Shown: piece after piece, positions 52,976-58,513 of the stretch
How the letters are laid out: each line of letters starts with the position of its first letter
How positions within the stretch are numbered: position 1 is the stretch's first letter
Source: Girardia tigrina
Taxonomy: Eukaryota
Length of the DNA: 58,513 bases
Reading direction: 5' to 3'
Assembly (NCBI GenBank): GCA_001938485.1
Contig: MQRK01216208.1
Span: forward strand, 30,119-88,631
The notes under the pieces: model-generated
Told to the model about the DNA's origin: nothing
Databases searched by the model: none
What the model saw: the letters and a program-made list of their open reading frames with translations, nothing else
Program-made: the position numbers and the translations under genes

Positions 52976-54329
52976 GAAAAAAAATACCATTTAAATAAGG
53001 GCGAAGTAACAAGGTCTTCTAATGTGTCACGTCTGCTGTTAATAATAACAACTTTATACAAAATGACGATTTCAGTTATCTCGAATTATTAAAATTTTAG
53101 TTAATTAATTTTGATATTTTAATAAAATAGAAGTTTTAATTTAATTATCAAATATTATGAACTGTTAAGAATTAAAAAATTTCTTTAATAGATTTTAATA
53201 AATATTTGTTGTGAATATTTTTAATGTTGTTAAAAATGTCAAAAATAAAATCAAAATTTTAAATTAAACAGAAAAAATATACTTTTGATTAATAATAATA
53301 ATAATTTCTAATAATACTATTATAATAAAAGTTTTAATTATAACTGAAAATATAATGATAATTATTTATTTTATATTTTTGTCTTATATTTTTTATTAAA
53401 TGCATTATTCATTTTAATTGCTGAAAATTAAAATAATTAAATAATAAAAATATTTTTCAATTTATTAAAATATTTTTTCAATAAAAGTGAATTTTTTATT
53501 TTTTATTTTATAATTGCTTTTGATAGAAAAATTAATTTTGATTTAAAAAATTATTCATAAAAACTACGTTTCTTAAATATTTTTTCTTTTTCTAAATTTT
53601 GTTTAAAATAAACAAAAATACAATAAATTTATTGTTTAAATTGTTTTTTAACAAAAACAAAAACTATTGTAAATTAAAATAATTTTTTCTTAACCTAAAA
53701 TTCCATTCCATCTTTTGATCAACACAAAATTTTCTTTCGTTTTTTTTCTTTTAGTTTCTTTTTTTTGTTCAACGGGTCAGAAAAAATAATCAGTTGTTTT
53801 TCCATTCAGAATAAATTGATTTTAGAAAAATATTTTTTTAAAAAAATCAAAAATTTATTTTTACATTAAGAATTTAAATTAGTTATTAAAATATAAAATT
53901 GAATTAAAGCTAAGTAATTTTTAAAAAATTATATTAATTTTAGATTTATTTGGAATTTATATTACATTATAGACAAATATTAATTTGTTTACTTGAATCT
54001 ATGCAATGTAGAATAATTGAAAAATAATATTTTGACATTATAAATAATTTATACATTAATATGTATATTTAATATAAAAAATTAATAAGGATTAAAAAAA
54101 TAATAATGTATGTAAGTCTTGTTTTCTGATTTTGTCACTACACTTTATTTATTCAAATTGATTGAAACCTTTAGGGAAAGTCTTTATGGGTGATTTGTTT
54201 ATAATTCTATTTAAATTCTTAACATGAAAATGTGAATCTATATTTTTTAACACAATTATAGTTTATAGCTTTTGCCAAAAAGAATATTTTCTTTTCAATT
54301 TCAAAATGTGTAAATAATGCCTTTAATTT

Positions 54330-54800
54330 AAAAATAATATCACAAACATATAAAATTGAAAATGTATTTTGTAATAAATCTACAATTTCATTTGGATTAT
54401 GTTCGCACCTCGTATAAAAATTTACATGTAATGGGTGTAATGCCACATACATTGGAGAGACGTCCCGTCATCTTTATAAGAGAATCCAAGAACATGGTCG
54501 ATATGTAGGAGGGAGTAATATTGGAGAACACAGAAAAGGTTTTAATTCGAACGAAAATATAAACATAAATGATTTTAAAATTCTGTGTACTCGTTTTAAA
54601 AACTATTTGAAGAAGGTGGCTTGTGAAGCATTTTATATCAGATCTTTAGATACTAATATTAAAGTGCTAACGCGTCTCTCGAAAACGATATTGAGCGTGT
54701 TTAAATGACATAATCAAAGCTTGCCTATATAAGCAGATTTAAAACTCATTTTTTTCTTGAGACCTGACGATGACGGTTATACCGTTGAAATTAATTTTAA
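54330..54800 (+). mobile_element. Penelope-like element 3' fragment (GIY-YIG + terminus)
   Basis: HLV*KFTCNGCNATYIGETSRHLYKRIQEH...DFKIL...EAFYIR, followed by TATAAG and a hammerhead core. Confidence 0.85.
54758..54800 (+). ncRNA. Minimal hammerhead ribozyme core
   Basis: CTGACGA-T-GACGG-TTATA-CCGTT-GAAA-TTAATTT. The 3' strand of stem I is not evident, so it may be truncated. Confidence 0.6.
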
Positions 54801-55099
54801 ATTTAAATATTTTATTTTAAATATTAAATTTAACATATTAAATTTAACATATGAAAATAAGAATTATAAAAAAAGAAATTATAATAAATCTCCGATACAT
54901 TAGGAAATTATCAAAAACCAGTTTACAGTTTGTATAGGCATACCTATATTTTTTGGATAACCTATTTCTATTTTTCTAAAGGAATTATTTAGAGATAAAT
55001 ACAATAAATAAGGGTATTTTGATTCAGACGAATTCCTCTGTCATTTATCCATACGTATCGTGCCAGGGACTGCAAGTACAGTTTGCCGATAAACAAATT

Positions 55100-56180
55100 G
55101 TAATAAGAAACATGAGCCGAAAATTTATTTTGTATCCAAAAAACGATTATTCAAACAAGATTAATTTTTTAATTGAATAATTACTGATTGAAAATTAATT
55201 ATTCAATTTTTGTGCTTGAATAATTTCAATTTAAAGATTTTGATGATGACCGAAAAAATAAAATAAGATTAACTGTAAAAAATAAAATTTAAAAATGAGT
55301 AAATTTACAAAAATTAACGTTTTATTAATTATTTTTAGTTTACACAATTTTAATTTGAAAATTGTGTTCACTACATCAGCCCCCCTGGGAAGTGCGGAGC
55401 ACACGTTGTGGACTGCTGGATTACTGGTATGTTGAGGAGTGGGATTGTGTCATTGTCCTTGAGAGATATGCAGGGTTTTAATTTGCATAATTTAACTGTG
55501 CAAGAAGTGCTGTTGAATTTTATTGTGGCCGTGTTGTTGGCGGCGTTGAGTTGTAGTATATACGATGAGGACCTGAGAATCTAGGTTGAAGAGATGTGGG
55601 TTGCTCCCGTATAAGCCAAACAAATTTAGCTGTTATAAGATCCCTCGGTAGATGTACCTGGAAAGTTCCTTTATCGGTTGGTGCGGTATCAAGAGTGCTA
55701 AAATGTTGCCGGGCCAGTTGTAAATGTAGATCGTCACTGGGGCAATCGTTGAAGAAGAGTTCGTTGACTAGGGATGTGTTAAATTTGAAAAGTAACTGGG
55801 CAGGTGATGTCCCGTGGTGACTGCTGGGAATTTATCGCAAACCTAAGAGAATGAACGGCAATTGTTTGCACCAATCTTTGTTGATGGACATGGTACGAAG
55901 CGAGTTCTTCAATGTTCGATGGAATCTTTCAACAAGGCCATTTGACTGAGGCTAAAACGCCGCCGTCCAAAGCCGCTGAGTACCCAATTGTTTCAGGAGG
56001 TTTGTGAAGACACCAGATTCGAATTGACGACCTTGATCCGTGATGATGCGTTTAGGTACACCAAATCTGACTATCCAGTTGTTGACAAATAAATCGACGA
56101 TTGTCTTGGTGTTAATTTTTCTCAAGGGAAATGCCTCCGGTCAGCGCGTGTTGCGATCAATAATTGTAAGAAGATACGAA
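55100..56180 (-). mobile_element. Gypsy integrase C-terminal fragment with PPT and 3' LTR start
   Basis: Homologous to 28460-29330 (TDQGRQFES, GLVERFHRTLK). GGGGG PPT, then TGTAGTG at 55376. LTR far boundary approximate. Confidence 0.8.
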
Positions 56181-58274
56181 TATCAAAATGCCATTGTACA
56201 AAATGCAGCAAAACATTTAGGTTGGAAATTAGCGGAATATGTGCCGTTCGTTTACACATAGAAGAAAAAACCCACCAGAAAAAATGCACGGATAAGGCAA
56301 GCTTCGCCTCTCTGCTGAAATATGTTAGAAATAGCACCTATGACTTCACTAAACCTAAGCACGTTAAAGGAATTACTACAATGAAGGCACAATTGAGGTG
56401 CTGCATTAACTTCGTGGATCATGCCTACATTTTCCTGGCTGCTTATCACTCAGAGGTCTACCAACATTTGTTAACACTTCTGAAAAGCGGAAATTACCGT
56501 TGACGATTGGACAACTGTTAATGGATTTTTGGAGGCCACCAAACAGGCTTGTAGTATATTTCCGATTAGCAAGGAACTTTTAACAAAAGGATTTAACGTG
56601 TACGCGGCATATAAAGAGCCCATAAAAAGGAACATCATGCAGCTACCATAAAAGCCTCTGCAATTGAACGCAAGCGAAAATTAGAAGAACAAGCGAGAAC
56701 TTTATACGACATTAGAGTAGTATGCTAAATAAATATTATTATTGCATCCTTTTCGATTGAAGAGGAAATAGAACTTAGAAAAAACGTCGATAACTGCTTT
56801 GAACATAGAAGGAGGAAATTGACAAGAAAATTAGTCTGGAAAAGGACGAGAAGTGATGATTGAAGAATATAAAAATATTTGGTTTTGATTGCGGCTAGAA
56901 GAAAGGAGGTGGGTCATGAAGAAAAGAAAATACTGATTTCTAAAGCAGTGGCATTCGTGCCATAACTCTACTATAAGAACCACTGTACATCTATCCTTTT
57001 TTTATAACATAATTGCACCTCAGCGTAATTTCCAAAATAATATAATGATAATAAGGTTGCCGAATTCTTTAGGGAATATAGTTTAAATTTTTAACAACGT
57101 TTTCTGTATCTATGTGAACATATGTTTTTATTTCTATTGAAGGGAGGTATTATATGATTGCGATAGGAGTGCAACATTCCGTACAGAGTGGCATTGTGTC
57201 ATGCGGGAAAATAATGCAAGACGTGAAATTTTAAAAATTGACCGCTGGAATCACTGAATATAATAGAGTGAATTATGACTTTTACAATCTTATATAACAC
57301 ATGCATGAAAAATATCTTTATTTAGTAAAAAAACAATTAGATAAAAAGATATAAAAAATTGAAAAGAGCTTTAGGTTTACCCAAATATTTTCCGTCTCTT
57401 CATTATTATGATTTATGAGTCACACTTTATGACATTACCGACATTTGAGACCATTATCTAATAACACTCATTAATAATTAAACTAAGAGAGAAAAAATAG
57501 CAACATAAACATCACAAATAACTAAAAATGATATCAGAAAAATTCAAACAATCCTACAAATTATATAATTTCATAAAAATGATTGTAAAATTATATTCGT
57601 TATCCTAAACGAAAGAGACAAAATATTATGTCGGTGGTGGTTCCGTGATTGAAAGGTCACAGTAATAAATTGGTAAGTAATAATATCAACTAAAAGTATA
57701 AAATATTTGCTAATTTTAATTTTATTTCAAGTAATAATTAATTGATTTTTTATATTTGATAGAACAGCTTCAGTGTTATAGGTCAATGAACAAACAGGAG
57801 ATACATGCTCTGTAACTTGAATAGAACTGTTTACATTTTACCACTAAGTAAAATGTAAGAGAATCAACTAATTTCGAATTTACTAAATTCGTATTATTGA
57901 GGTCGAGATTAAAATCAAGATCCACTAATTCGCAAACTTTATTTCTACTATTAAAGATTAATACAACTTTCATTATACAAACAAATTTATGGGGAACAAT
58001 ATTTCAGTTTACATAAACCAGATTTTTAAATTCAAAGTATAAATATAAATATCGATAAACGTAAATATTATTTTATTAAGTTTTGTATAAATTATATTTT
58101 GTTTTTTTTTGTTTTTAAACTTAAATATGATTTTAGATCTTTAAAATATTTTAATTAATGAAACATTATCTATAAATTATTGTTTAATATAATTTCAGAA
58201 AATTAATTTTTATAAGAGAGTTATTTAATTTTGATTTTTTTCAAACTTAATTTTTATAAAAGTTTATTCATTTT

Positions 58275-58513
58275 TGTGAGGAATATTTTAAATTTGGTAT
58301 GTTGAAATTGGTTTGTTGAATTTTGTATGTTGAGTTTAGTATTTGGAAATGTGTTTCTTCCACCCAGATGGAAAATTGATATTTTGAATTTCACGATAAA
58401 TAATTATTCGAGTATAATTTGCATTTTAAAGTACAACATAAGATATTTAAAAACATTAAAAATATTAAATCTTTTCAAATCTTCATATTAAAATTTAAAT
58501 AAAATAAATAGTT
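58275..58513 (+). mobile_element. LTR copy of the 51040-52975 family (runs off the window)
   Basis: TGTGAGGAATATTTTTAAATTTGGTATGTTGAAATTGG... closely matches the reverse complement of 51350-51589. Confidence 0.88.

Noticed and set aside
55238-55262. TTGATGATGACCGAAA hammerhead-like string
   Set aside because: No stem II or stem III, and it lies inside a Gypsy LTR region rather than a recognisable Penelope end.

Overview
Very AT-rich, transposon-dense animal genomic DNA. A triclad/planarian-like flatworm is a guess, based on the 42-54 nt introns, (TA)n tracts, a cecropia-type mariner and the Boule sequence. The only intact host gene visible is the 3' (intracellular) half of a receptor-type guanylate cyclase on the + strand (10702-25884): a kinase-homology domain and a cyclase domain, split by tiny introns and two TE-filled large introns. 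Three host-derived pseudogenes are present: histone H2B with its 3' stem-loop, TRAP-beta/SSR2, and boule. The rest is decayed mobile DNA: Ty3/Gypsy elements and solo LTRs, Penelope-like elements with minimal hammerhead ribozymes, an APE-RT LINE family with three C-terminal C2H2 fingers, mariner, Tc1/IS630, hAT, MULE and Merlin-like MITEs. Most notable: (1) an LTR end + tRNA-Leu PBS + ATG module whose first reading frame runs into an intronless Boule RRM, a candidate retrotransposon that captured a germline RNA-binding protein; (2) a zinc-finger-tailed LINE family with a covarying structured 3' end, one copy inserted exactly in a Penelope GIY-YIG motif; (3) a fixed TATA-to-hammerhead spacing in three Penelope termini; (4) a conserved motif shared by eight otherwise divergent LTRs; (5) a Cys-rich domain at the start of Pol after a -1 frameshift site. 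All calls come from manual reading; no database searches were run.
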